Virus record (IMG/VR): IMGVR_UViG_3300027770_000025
Location: 248,001-312,000 of that record
Length of the DNA: 64,000 nucleotides
Reading direction: 5' to 3' (one strand)
In this document: positions 1-10,752 of the stretch, in pieces
How the letters are laid out: each line of letters begins with the position of its first letter
How positions within the stretch are numbered: position 1 is the first letter of the stretch
The notes under the pieces: generated by a model
The model's input: the letters and a program-made list of their open reading frames with translations, nothing else
What the model was told of the DNA's origin: nothing
Database searches by the model: none
Made by a program: the position numbers and the translations under genes

Positions 1-1514
1 ATGGCACCACTTGATGACCAAGGTGCATAAGCACGATAGTAAACCGTAGTAACCCCAGTTCCGGTAACCCCTCTGGCAATAGTAAGATCCACTGTTGGTG
101 ATAGGAATGGCAAGGTTACCTTGGTTACACAAGAAGCTGAAGCCCCCGTGCCCACCCCTATAAACTTGAAACCTGAAGCTGATGTTGTTGGAGAATCTGA
201 GCTATTGTGAACTGTTATGTCAATCGATTCACCCATTTGAAGTCCTCCAGATCCGCCCCATCCTAAATTAGAGTCATTATATAGCCCAAGACCAACATGC
301 TGTCCTGAAACTATAGCTGGATTTATTATCATGGTATTTCCGTTATTTAAAGGAGATCCTAGCGTTGCAGAAGTTCTAGAAATAAAATACCAATTTATTG
401 CAGTAGCTCCGGAATAACCAACAGTTCTCTGAGTAGTAGACGGATATGATATACCCTCGACTGTTTTATTCATTTTAAGCTTTCCCTTAGTTGAAAGCCA
501 AACTTGCTTTCCTGTAGAGTTCACTAGTTCCAAATGATAAGTAAATTGGGAAATCGTACTATATGTGTCACCTATTCTGGTTGATCTAAATCCAGCTGTT
601 CCGGATGGGGTTATCTGTGTGTGGGGAGATGCAGATGCTACTGTTGCTATTGATCTAATAGGATCAAGAAAGCCTCCGGATACTCCGGATATATTAAGAT
701 ACTTACTTGTTACATTAAGCTGCCCAGTTAAATTGATATTATATCCGCCTGTTGCATATATTCCTGATGTCGAGTCTACTCCGTAGTTTATATCGGTACC
801 TTTTTGTGATTCCATTCTCAAAGATGAAAACCTCGATTCAAATCCCCCGGAAACCCCAATATCTAAAGTACCACCAGGGACTCTTATACCTAATGAATTG
901 TCGGTTGGTATAGTAGAAGGCCAATAAAAATATGGATGTTGTATATAATCGGTCACACTTCCATCTGCTACATCACTTCTAGAAAATTCTAAAAGTGGGG
1001 AATCATTTACAGCTGAATCGTTGGAAATAGAGAATTTAGAAAGCAATTCATTTATAACACCATTCTCAGGTGTAACATCGCTTAGTATAAACAGATAGTT
1101 CTTAGGTAATGTCTGAGCCATTTGTATAGCAGCACCAGTTCCCCCGTTATATGTAAAATCGTCTATTCTGAATAGATCTCCACCCGATCTTATATTATAT
1201 CCCGTTGGGTTCCACCCAGTTAACTCGAGGGTGTATATGTTACTGGTTATCGAGTCTATCCAATAATCCCCCTCCTGAGCGGATCCAGCAGGAGCTAAGG
1301 AAGAAACAAACCATCTAGTTCCTCTCGCACCATCTAATCCAGTATGGCCAAAAGTTCCAGAATCACCTATTGCTCCTCTGTCACCAGTAGGACCTACCGT
1401 ACCCTGAGTTCCCCCGTGTAGCTCCACTGTTTCGTCGAAGTTATTATTCAGCTTATTTATCAGTTGACTTTGGTTGTCGCTGTAGCTTAAGGCCTGTATA
1501 TTAGTATTTGGCAT
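1..1514 (-). CDS. Putative tail fibre/virion protein with short collagen-like segment (3' end runs off window)
   Basis: Not in the ORF track because it is truncated. ATG at 1514, open frame to the window edge: MPNTNIQALSYSDNQSQLINKLNNNF..., then 11 Gly-X-Y triplets (GTQ GTV GPT GDR GAI GDS GTF GHT GLD GAR GTR, about 1314-1412), then a Gly/Ser/Thr-rich body. Confidence 0.75.
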   Translation of the reverse strand, partial: MPNTNIQALSYSDNQSQLINKLNNNFDETVELHGGTQGTVGPTGDRGAIGDSGTFGHTGLDGARGTRWFVSSLAPAGSAQEGDYWIDSITSNIYTLELTGWNPTGYNIRSGGDLFRIDDFTYNGGTGAAIQMAQTLPKNYLFILSDVTPENGVINELLSKFSISNDSAVNDSPLLEFSRSDVADGSVTDYIQHPYFYWPSTIPTDNSLGIRVPGGTLDIGVSGGFESRFSSLRMESQKGTDINYGVDSTSGIYATGGYNINLTGQLNVTSKYLNISGVSGGFLDPIRSIATVASASPHTQITPSGTAGFRSTRIGDTYSTISQFTYHLELVNSTGKQVWLSTKGKLKMNKTVEGISYPSTTQRTVGYSGATAINWYFISRTSATLGSPLNNGNTMIINPAIVSGQHVGLGLYNDSNLGWGGSGGLQMGESIDITVHNSSDSPTTSASGFKFIGVGTGASASCVTKVTLPFLSPTVDLTIARGVTGTGVTTVYYRAYAPWSSSGA

Positions 1515-1517
1515 TTT

Positions 1518-4500
1518 TTATATCTTAGCTATTCTTATGTTAAACATTAAAGAGTAATAAAAACCAACTTCTGTTGGATATTCAAACTCGTATATTAAAT
1601 TAGTAATCGGTGTTAATTTATAGTTGTTATTTATAAAATATTCCAATTTATATCTATCGGTAGCAAATAGATCACCTCTAACTATTTCAAGGTTAGGTAT
1701 TGTTGAGTTTGCGATTTTCTTAACATAAAGATCAAATAAGTCACCTCTGTATATAGGGGCAACGTTTAAATCTATATAAGTGTTGATATCGTCATTTATT
1801 GATAAAGGATTGCCTACGCCAAACTGGGATATCATATTATCAATAAAGACTTTTTTTACCCCTGAATTTAACAGGTATCTTCTGAGTATTCTATCTAATC
1901 TTATTATACCTTTTATATTTCCCTGACCCGATCTATCTGAAAAATTCTGCCAAATAACTTCTGCGTTAGTGAATATTTTAAGATCTAGCTTATCGTAATC
2001 TACTCCAGAAAGATATGGGCCAACAGATCCTATTCCAGTACCGGAATTGCTCCTAGTTATTTCTTGGACACTCTTAATATAGCTGTCTATAGTTTCGTTT
2101 ATAATTTTTACATTTTTGCTACCTGTAGTTCTGGAAATTTCAAGAGTTATGTAATTATTAGCCTGGATAGGGTCGGGGGTCTGCATAACTTTAGAACCAA
2201 AGAAAGTTTTATATTCTTTCATAGCTCTTGTTCCTGCAACAGGAGATCCTGAATTAGTACCAATGTATCTGTTATAATATCCGGCATCCCATGAAGAAGA
2301 GAATATATTAAAATCTTTTTTTGCTATCGGGGTTAATCCTATTAATGGATAAACAGGCCCTTCCGGATACGAGCTTGCCGCAGCCAATATATTAGATCCC
2401 TCAGAAACTTTAGTATATCCTAGGTTTCTTGAAATACCGAAATACTCTTTATCGGGAGCAAAATTACAGTTTCTGAAAGAAAGATCTATCGAACTAGATC
2501 CGATTAATGTATCGGTTTTATCCCGATCAAAATGTATAACCTTTCTGAATATAGGCTCATATTCTCCAGAATATCTCGTCAAAATCGAAGGTCTTGTTGG
2601 ATCTGGGGTTCTTATAGCATATCCTGTTTCTACCCTAGAACCCTTTAAAGTTTGTGGTCCATTGAAATCACGAGAAACCAAAGATCCGCTAGGTTTAGTT
2701 ATCCTGGTTGGTCTTTCGAAATAAAGTTCAAATTCGTCAAGGGTTAATATTGTTGAACTTGAATTAGAGTCCCATTCATGAGTTGAATATTTTATGAATG
2801 GAGAGCTTCTGTTGAATTTATCTGCAATATACGAAACAGAGCATCTTGAAAGTAATCCTTTATAATACCTAGATCCACCTCCTATTTGTATAACTGGCTT
2901 GCCCTTATATACAGAAGATGGTCCGATAGGAACTGTAACAGGATTGGCCGTCGAGAAAGGAATAGTAAATAAGTATGCTGATCCGGTAGCGACCTTACCA
3001 AATTCTATAAAACTGGGACCAACCCCGGTTGGCCATGGATAAGTTGTAGACAGAGCTGAAACAATAAAACTTCCGTCCCCAGTAGAACTCGGTCCAGTAA
3101 CACCGTCCACATTGGGAACATATGTCGTATGTATTTCCTCTCTTAAATCTGTATCGTAATCTGGGTTATTTATTATGTTTATTATCCCGGTTTTTCTAGC
3201 TGTATTAACAACGCTACCTGACGGTAGGGAAAGATCTAAAGCAGCACTTAATTTTATATTATCTATAGAACAGAACTTCTGTGAGGAAGCTAAAGGTGAT
3301 CTTAGTTTCTCCTTGTCATTCAGTGTATAAAGTAGGGTGTAATCTAAAACTGGACTTCCCCCCGTTCCTCCAGTATAGCCAAGATTAAATGTTTTTTGAT
3401 CTTTTACAACAACATCGCAAACAAAAAGTATAAACTTCTGCTGGTCGTTTTCTATCACCTGATATTTAACAGGAGACTGTATAATTGTGGTATCCTCGGG
3501 TATTGCCCTTAATATAGCAGAGAATTTATAATCCTCGTAACCCCTATAGTATTTTATGTACCTGTCAGATTCAACAGATCCATCAAAAAAAGTATCTGAT
3601 CTCTTTTTTAATACTATTTTACAACCTCTGAATATTGTCTCATAATATCCTGATGCTTCGCTATAAACAAGAGGAGTAAATAACTCCTTAGTATAGTATG
3701 TCGTATCTCTAAATTCTGAAGTATAGTCGGAAGGTTCAGGGGTAAAGTATGACGCTAAATATAAAGCATCATCGGGATCAGAGCTTTTGGCTTTATCTAA
3801 ATCTATTTTATAAGGTAGATAACTATTCTGATTGTTCATAAACTCCTTAGGAAAATCTCTAGGTGGTTGTTCTAATAGGAACCATTCATGCGTTAGATAT
3901 TTAGGATCAGGAGTCGTTCTTTCAAAACTTGGTGAAAAGTTAGTAGGGGAGAAAGCCGGACTGCTGTTTAGCCTATACCTATTTCCTCTAGAATCTGTAC
4001 CTAAAGAAGATCCCCATTTATTTATATATGGGACTATTCTTGATATATTAGCTCTTTGTGTTGTGTAATTCTCTCTTAAATATTCGTATTCAGTATTAAG
4101 CTTACCATAATAAAATACCTCTTCCTTTGACGGATCTACGTTTTTAGGATCTAGTAGAATTCCCTGAATTCCTATAAACCCATTGAAAGTTTCTAAGTCT
4201 CCTGTGTATCCTATATTAGAATATGATGCAGAGTTAGTAGAATACGTAACGTTAGAATATTGAGCGGGAAATACAACAACATTACCAGAGGAAGAAGTTC
4301 TCGACTGAAGAGTATTTAATACTGCAGATGATGTGCTGAGATTTAAGCTGGGGTCGGAGACGGAGAACGAGGTATATCCGGTAGCCCCATAGAATAAATT
4401 TCCAGCATTATAAATATTGCCAGTCCCACCATAGCTTATTTGGCCTCTTTTTACAAAGTATGGGATGCCTGGTTTTATTACATTATCTGTATCAGGATTT

Positions 4501-7064
4501 ATCTGAAAATACTTGTAAGTCTCGGGGGTTGGTGAATAGCTATAATCAGAACTCCAGAAATCAAAATTGAATTCTTTTACATCAAAGAAAGTAAATACAC
4601 CTAAATTTAAAGAAGCAGAATCGTATACATTGAAAGATTGGTCTGAGCCTAGATTTATCTGAGAATATATGTCTTGTAGATTTAATACAAGCTTATATTC
4701 AAAATCATTAAATCCTATAATCTTTCTTGTAACAGGATCAATTTTTGGATCATCGACATAGCCATTAACAGAATCTATCATAGAAAATCCAGCATCTGTT
4801 TTAATGTAGTATCCGGGTAAAACTTGATTTGAGTATTTACTATCGAAGATTATTCTATTATTTTTATTTACTGTTCCGCCGATAAAATTAATATTCTTTT
4901 TTATACCCGATGCGTCTGTTCCGTTAATCTTAACATATCCCGGATAATTAAATGTTGAATATTCTTCCCAACTGCTAGAAGCGTCAGGCGAATTTGTGAA
5001 TTGCATACCCACTGTCGGACCAGTAGAACCTGCTATTGAATAATAGGTATTATCATAAAGAACTATGTCATCCGATACGTAATTTGTTATATTATCCCAT
5101 GATCCCTTATATTTTTGAATAAATTCTGGGTAGTTATCGAATATTGATATAGAGTAAGAGTTATTACCATATAATCCAGAATTCTTAACTCTAATAATAG
5201 ATGATTCGCCAGAATTACCATAATCCAGTGTTGAAGAATCTACATCGGAAAGAACCGACGAAAAAGCTAAAGCTATCTCATTGGTTGTACCACTAAAAGC
5301 ATTGAAATAATAGGAATTCCCCGTTGAATAATAAGATCCCCCTACCCATACCATCATCGAAGAATAATCAGCAGAGCTTATCAAATCATATCTTCTGGTT
5401 CCATCTTTTCTAGATCCATTTGGCCAATATAATTTTAACGTTAAAGGTATATTATTATCATATGCCTTTAGAAATTCAATCTCCACATAAGCTTTACCTG
5501 CTTCTTTTGCTAGATCCCCTTTGACAGTAACAAGTTTATCGTCACTTCCCGTGAAGTTCAGAAGATCTATCGTTTGATTTTGTATTACAAGTGATCCTGA
5601 AGTTGCTCCAGTTGAACCTGTTGCAGAGAATTCCCCAGTTGTATAATCAAAAGGTCCGTAAGAATACTTAGGCTCTGATCCTCCATATCCCCCGTAATCT
5701 TCAGTCCTTTTTAAGCTATAGAAACTATCATTTTTATCGGTTAAATAAAATAATTTATTAGGATCTAATAGATTAACATTATCGGATCCTGGTAAAAATC
5801 CAGTTGCATTTTCATAGAATAATCTAATACCCGAGGTAGCACCTATATTATATGGTTCATTGTTATAGTAATATCCAACATTATCTCTCGAAGGTATCGG
5901 GGTGTTTTCATTTCCTGATAAATTTCTATATTCGTAGAAAAATTCCCCATTAGTTCTGATTGTTGCAATGTCATTTCGTGAAACATACATACCAACATAT
6001 CTATTTATAGTATATAAATCTGAATCTGCATCATCAAAGAAAAACTCAAGATTTAATAAATTGGGGCACACAATTCCATTTCTAGAAAATCCAGAAGTTA
6101 TATAATCCTCCAAATCGATCATAGGGTCAGACTTAGCAGACGAAAGATATTGATTTAGTAGCTCTCCCTTTCTTGTATAAATACCTTCCGATACGCTAAT
6201 ACCTTTATAATAAGTATATGAATCATATCCCCAACTTACATCTAATGGCGAATTAGAAAACAGTTTATTATTAAATATCGATCTTATATATTTACCAATT
6301 TTTGTATTCTCTCTAAGATCAAAAGTTTTTATAGCGGTTGCGTTATTTAGTATCTTGTTTTTAAAAGTAGTGGATACATCATCTACGAGTGGAAGATTTT
6401 CAAGTTCAGCATAAACCGCAACCTTACCAGTACCACTTATTATACTATATGTTGAATTATTTGTGTTACCTTTAAAGATTTGCCCATCGTAATAATAAAT
6501 ATCATCACCTGAAGTATTCTTACCGTATGCTATCTTAAATTCTGTTGAAGTGTCATAATCAGCAATCACCTTATACCTCTTAGTTGCATCTATTTGGGTA
6601 ACGTTTGTTGAATATGGATAGGACAAAGGATTATCGAGCTTGAATATAACGAAAAAATCTGGTATCTCATTCTTAATCCATATCGGTGCAAAGTAGCTAA
6701 AGTCCTCGGGATAATTTTTATCTATTAATGCGGAGGCACCACTCGCATAGAAGAAATCATACTGGTCAGAAAAATATTGGGCTGGCTCATTTTCACCATT
6801 TGTGAATTTACCAACTTGAAATATTATATCATTTGAAATTTTACCATTTGAAAAGAAAGTAGAGACATCGCTGGCGTATGAATTTTCTCCTGTTACTGTG
6901 TACTTTTTAAATGCGTCGTTACTCAAAGTGTTGTTAACATCCATTGAATTAAACCAAACGCCACCCCCTGAATCTACTGAAATTTTAAAATTTCCAGTCA
7001 ATTTAGGATTTGTTCTAATAACAGAGAAAGAAGAGTTATAATCAAAAAGTCTGGATTGAGACAT
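1518..7064 (-). CDS. Large virion structural protein (tail/baseplate-associated), 1848 aa
   Basis: Long ORF, Tyr/Asn/Ser/Gly-rich, in a co-oriented structural gene run; no enzyme motif recognised. Confidence 0.65.
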   Translation of the reverse strand: MSQSRLFDYNSSFSVIRTNPKLTGNFKISVDSGGGVWFNSMDVNNTLSNDAFKKYTVTGENSYASDVSTFFSNGKISNDIIFQVGKFTNGENEPAQYFSDQYDFFYASGASALIDKNYPEDFSYFAPIWIKNEIPDFFVIFKLDNPLSYPYSTNVTQIDATKRYKVIADYDTSTEFKIAYGKNTSGDDIYYYDGQIFKGNTNNSTYSIISGTGKVAVYAELENLPLVDDVSTTFKNKILNNATAIKTFDLRENTKIGKYIRSIFNNKLFSNSPLDVSWGYDSYTYYKGISVSEGIYTRKGELLNQYLSSAKSDPMIDLEDYITSGFSRNGIVCPNLLNLEFFFDDADSDLYTINRYVGMYVSRNDIATIRTNGEFFYEYRNLSGNENTPIPSRDNVGYYYNNEPYNIGATSGIRLFYENATGFLPGSDNVNLLDPNKLFYLTDKNDSFYSLKRTEDYGGYGGSEPKYSYGPFDYTTGEFSATGSTGATSGSLVIQNQTIDLLNFTGSDDKLVTVKGDLAKEAGKAYVEIEFLKAYDNNIPLTLKLYWPNGSRKDGTRRYDLISSADYSSMMVWVGGSYYSTGNSYYFNAFSGTTNEIALAFSSVLSDVDSSTLDYGNSGESSIIRVKNSGLYGNNSYSISIFDNYPEFIQKYKGSWDNITNYVSDDIVLYDNTYYSIAGSTGPTVGMQFTNSPDASSSWEEYSTFNYPGYVKINGTDASGIKKNINFIGGTVNKNNRIIFDSKYSNQVLPGYYIKTDAGFSMIDSVNGYVDDPKIDPVTRKIIGFNDFEYKLVLNLQDIYSQINLGSDQSFNVYDSASLNLGVFTFFDVKEFNFDFWSSDYSYSPTPETYKYFQINPDTDNVIKPGIPYFVKRGQISYGGTGNIYNAGNLFYGATGYTSFSVSDPSLNLSTSSAVLNTLQSRTSSSGNVVVFPAQYSNVTYSTNSASYSNIGYTGDLETFNGFIGIQGILLDPKNVDPSKEEVFYYGKLNTEYEYLRENYTTQRANISRIVPYINKWGSSLGTDSRGNRYRLNSSPAFSPTNFSPSFERTTPDPKYLTHEWFLLEQPPRDFPKEFMNNQNSYLPYKIDLDKAKSSDPDDALYLASYFTPEPSDYTSEFRDTTYYTKELFTPLVYSEASGYYETIFRGCKIVLKKRSDTFFDGSVESDRYIKYYRGYEDYKFSAILRAIPEDTTIIQSPVKYQVIENDQQKFILFVCDVVVKDQKTFNLGYTGGTGGSPVLDYTLLYTLNDKEKLRSPLASSQKFCSIDNIKLSAALDLSLPSGSVVNTARKTGIINIINNPDYDTDLREEIHTTYVPNVDGVTGPSSTGDGSFIVSALSTTYPWPTGVGPSFIEFGKVATGSAYLFTIPFSTANPVTVPIGPSSVYKGKPVIQIGGGSRYYKGLLSRCSVSYIADKFNRSSPFIKYSTHEWDSNSSSTILTLDEFELYFERPTRITKPSGSLVSRDFNGPQTLKGSRVETGYAIRTPDPTRPSILTRYSGEYEPIFRKVIHFDRDKTDTLIGSSSIDLSFRNCNFAPDKEYFGISRNLGYTKVSEGSNILAAASSYPEGPVYPLIGLTPIAKKDFNIFSSSWDAGYYNRYIGTNSGSPVAGTRAMKEYKTFFGSKVMQTPDPIQANNYITLEISRTTGSKNVKIINETIDSYIKSVQEITRSNSGTGIGSVGPYLSGVDYDKLDLKIFTNAEVIWQNFSDRSGQGNIKGIIRLDRILRRYLLNSGVKKVFIDNMISQFGVGNPLSINDDINTYIDLNVAPIYRGDLFDLYVKKIANSTIPNLEIVRGDLFATDRYKLEYFINNNYKLTPITNLIYEFEYPTEVGFYYSLMFNIRIAKI

Positions 7065-7088
7065 ATTTTAAGCCCGTATTATGTTTTA

Positions 7089-10000
7089 TTAAAAATTAAG
7101 TGCTTTAACTCCGCTATCAAAATTAGGAGCTACTAAAGTGTCATTTTGATAAGATCCGCTGACCTGAACATCAAAAGAGAATGCGTCATCGTTTCTTATT
7201 TGTATATCTACACCTATTTTTTTAGTGTACGTTATATTGGATAAATTTCCTAGCTTTCTCCATCCTCCTATATAGCCCAATTTATCCACTGCTCTGAATT
7301 GGAATATCAACGGGATGTTTATAGCATTAGTTTCGCCTTCTCCCAGATACGTAACAGATAATGCTGTTGTCCCTGGAACTTGTAATGGGGTATTAGAAAT
7401 TGGTCCAAGATAAAGATAAGCACCACACGAATATTTACCTATTAGATATTGATCATCAGATGAAAATCCTAATTTATTTGCATACATATTATCTTCTCGA
7501 GAAGCAGTTGCTCCAGTAGCAAAATCTATCGGTGTTCTTGATGCTTGCTGAACCCAATATTGGGATAAAGTTGTATCACCCCAGAATGTTTGAGTGTGGC
7601 GGAATGGTGAATAGCTTACTGAAGTTGAGCTAAAAGGTTTAACCATATCAGAGTAGTTAGTGAAAGAATATGCGCTACCAACTGAGATTAAATAAGGGTG
7701 ACTTGTATGAATACAGAATTCTGATAGGTATCCGCTTCCTAGAGGAGATCCCCCAGTCGTACCACTAAATGCGCCATTCCAAACAGCTGCTGCAGTTCCG
7801 CCAATTACTGTAGAATAGTTAGCATATAATGTAGGATCATAAGGGGTAAATATAGTTCCATTCTGAGGATAAGTTCCAGATAAGCCAAAGTTAATCTGTG
7901 CAGAAGGTGAATCCCCATCATATGTATAAGATGAACTATATGAGTTAGTAAAATATTGACCCAAATCACCCACAGATGCATTATAATAAAGTACTTGATT
8001 AAATCCGATATTTCTATATCTAGGATAAATGTATTGTGAATATGCGCTGGAAGAAGCGTAAGGCGGAGCCTGCCTAAAATCAGTTGAGCTCTCAACATCA
8101 TTAGTTACTAGACCTGTTAAAGATATAGGGCCATCCCCATATCTTAGATTAGTATTATATCCTGAAGGAAAGGCAGAAGCTATTGAAGAAGGTGCTTGAA
8201 TTTCTAATCCTCCAGGAATTATCGAAGCAAGTTCAACAGGGGAAGCTTGCTCGTTAAATAACTGGATGCTATAAGATATAGAAGCTATTTTACCTGCGTC
8301 TGTAGTGGTTGCACTAGTAAAGATCTCGTTATAAAATCCTGCATTAAGCTTGATTACAGATCCTTTAGAAACTTTTATCTTGTTATTGTTTGAATCTACG
8401 AGATAAACCTGCAATACACCTTTAGCATTGCTTAATTCAGCTTTCATTAATGTTAACTGATTCTGAAGATCCGTTAGCTTATCGAATAGATTTAAAACAG
8501 TTCCTGAATTATTGTAGAATCCACTGGCAATACCTACTGCATTATGGTAATAAGTGTTATTTCCTGCCGTGTATTGCTCCGATAAATGCAAGTTAAGCCC
8601 CTGTGCATCCAATTGTGCTTGCATTCGAGTAACTGCAGAATCTTCTGTATTTCTTCTTAGTGCTACATCCACCCCGGTAATCGATAGGTTATCAGGAAAA
8701 GAAATTATAACGGTCTGAGAATAATCTGAGGTTAATGGGTTATCAGGCCAGCCTGCTTCAGAAATGGAAGCTATCTGTATTTCTACCTTTTCACCTTTCG
8801 TAATAGCTAGATCTAATTGGTTAATGTTTTGCACATCAGAATTACCTGGATCTTCAGGTGCCCAAACATAAACACCTTTTTGAGGATCGTAAACTTTTTT
8901 TCTAATGTCAGTTTTATATTCCGTCCAGTTTGAGAAAGAAGCATTTTTCTTAGTACCGTCATTATCAAGAAATTCTATTTGATCATTAGGTTGCGCAGAC
9001 CCATTGTCGCTAAGATATCTATATCTAACTTTGAATTGGATAACTTGCTGAGCTCCCGTAGATGGACTAATTTGAGGAGAAGGGAATGCCCAAAATCCTC
9101 TAACCCTATATTTAGGTTGCGTTACTATCTGGGGAACATCAACGCTCAAAGTATTAACCTCAGATACTAAAGATGCGTAAAGTTCTACCTTTTTAATTCT
9201 CTCCTGAATCAGTGAACTTAAGTTTGCTTTAACCGCCTGTACATTAACACCTATTGGTGTTGTTTTTTGTCCAACAACACTAACCGGTGTTATATTGGAA
9301 CCTAAGATAGGACTAGAATTTACGTTTGTTAACTGTAAGGATCCTTCATTTATAGAAGAAAGCCCAGTATTTAATTGAATCTTAGATTGATTGATGGAAT
9401 CATCCAACTGATTTATCTCGCTCTTTAACGAAGACTTCATTGCTAGTTTATCATTAACAACTTTTATTGGAGTTGAATCTGTTATCTGCTTGTTTATCTG
9501 TACTACTCTGAAGTTAGTCTGAGCAATAGTAGGAGCAGTCGGAACTAAACCTTCTATCGCATTGACTTTATTCTCTTTGGCAGCTCCTACAAAAATCTTA
9601 CCCAAATCAGATACCTCAGTTAAATAATAGGTTTCGAGATTTACTATGGTACCACTAGAATTTTTGGTTTGTAGTTCGTTGCTCCAAAATACTATTCCCG
9701 TCGACCAAACTGCTCCAACAATATTAAAGTTATCATCTATAGCTTTAAAGAAAATACCTTGTCTTTCGTTGTATCCAATATTAACTTGTGCATATCTAGG
9801 GCCAAAATCTATCGAAGATATAGAAAGTGTATCTGCACCTATCATGATTGGCTGATATCCAGAAACTCTTTTAGCTTGGATAGATGATTGATCCCTGTCA
9901 ACTGAAGTTACCTGATATTGTGTTCCGTCATTAGTAGAGATCTTATCTCCTACATTAAGTGATCTCCCATCAGTAAATGTACTAAGTGTGTCTGTATAAG

Positions 10001-10739
10001 TGAGATTATCTAATTTATAGTTTCTTCTTGTTTCCTGAAATTGGTTTCCTGCTGCATCAGTAACAGTAACTAAATCATCATAATAAGTCGTTACGCTAAA
10101 TCCACCTACAAATCTTATTGTTCTTAGCGGTAGCTGTTCGATCGATTCGTCTACAAAATAACCTATTCCATTATCGGTTAAATCCTGTATAAATTGATCA
10201 TAAGAAAGGTCGTTTCTGCCCTTTAAACTAGTATCAAAATAGTTTTTTTGAGCATCTGTTGTAGTGTTAGCGATTATTCTCTTAACTACTATTCTATCCG
10301 CTGCATCAGGAACTTGTCCTGTTACGTTTACATTTATGTACAAAAGTGGGGTAAGAAAGCTTTCAAAAAACCAGTTGTCCTTAATATCAAATGTACTAGG
10401 TACCTCTAAATTTGTTAATCTGGCTGGTTCTTTTAATGGTTCACTTTTATAAACCTGTGTGTATGTACCATCAGGATTTCTAACAGTTGCAGAAGATTCA
10501 CTAATACCAGCTAAAGCTTGTATGTTATTATCAATTCTTTGGATTTCTCCTCTCAGAAATCCATAAGAAGGAATGTTTTGATTTTGGGGTAAACCCTGTT
10601 CGTCAAGGTATTCTATCGTAACAGTGTTATTAGTAGATACCGCAACCTCATTTAATCCATTTATGATTTCTAATGAATTTCTTTGGAGTCTCAGAAACTG
10701 AGCTACTAATGAACTTATTGAATTTTGTGTGCCTGCCAT
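7089..10739 (-). CDS. Virion structural protein with coiled-coil segments, 1216 aa
   Basis: Long ORF; coiled-coil-like stretches (LKSEINQLDDSINQSK; LTDLQNQLTLMKAEL); structural context. Confidence 0.6.
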   Translation of the reverse strand: MAGTQNSISSLVAQFLRLQRNSLEIINGLNEVAVSTNNTVTIEYLDEQGLPQNQNIPSYGFLRGEIQRIDNNIQALAGISESSATVRNPDGTYTQVYKSEPLKEPARLTNLEVPSTFDIKDNWFFESFLTPLLYINVNVTGQVPDAADRIVVKRIIANTTTDAQKNYFDTSLKGRNDLSYDQFIQDLTDNGIGYFVDESIEQLPLRTIRFVGGFSVTTYYDDLVTVTDAAGNQFQETRRNYKLDNLTYTDTLSTFTDGRSLNVGDKISTNDGTQYQVTSVDRDQSSIQAKRVSGYQPIMIGADTLSISSIDFGPRYAQVNIGYNERQGIFFKAIDDNFNIVGAVWSTGIVFWSNELQTKNSSGTIVNLETYYLTEVSDLGKIFVGAAKENKVNAIEGLVPTAPTIAQTNFRVVQINKQITDSTPIKVVNDKLAMKSSLKSEINQLDDSINQSKIQLNTGLSSINEGSLQLTNVNSSPILGSNITPVSVVGQKTTPIGVNVQAVKANLSSLIQERIKKVELYASLVSEVNTLSVDVPQIVTQPKYRVRGFWAFPSPQISPSTGAQQVIQFKVRYRYLSDNGSAQPNDQIEFLDNDGTKKNASFSNWTEYKTDIRKKVYDPQKGVYVWAPEDPGNSDVQNINQLDLAITKGEKVEIQIASISEAGWPDNPLTSDYSQTVIISFPDNLSITGVDVALRRNTEDSAVTRMQAQLDAQGLNLHLSEQYTAGNNTYYHNAVGIASGFYNNSGTVLNLFDKLTDLQNQLTLMKAELSNAKGVLQVYLVDSNNNKIKVSKGSVIKLNAGFYNEIFTSATTTDAGKIASISYSIQLFNEQASPVELASIIPGGLEIQAPSSIASAFPSGYNTNLRYGDGPISLTGLVTNDVESSTDFRQAPPYASSSAYSQYIYPRYRNIGFNQVLYYNASVGDLGQYFTNSYSSSYTYDGDSPSAQINFGLSGTYPQNGTIFTPYDPTLYANYSTVIGGTAAAVWNGAFSGTTGGSPLGSGYLSEFCIHTSHPYLISVGSAYSFTNYSDMVKPFSSTSVSYSPFRHTQTFWGDTTLSQYWVQQASRTPIDFATGATASREDNMYANKLGFSSDDQYLIGKYSCGAYLYLGPISNTPLQVPGTTALSVTYLGEGETNAINIPLIFQFRAVDKLGYIGGWRKLGNLSNITYTKKIGVDIQIRNDDAFSFDVQVSGSYQNDTLVAPNFDSGVKALNF

Positions 10740-10752
10740 TTAATTTTTAATA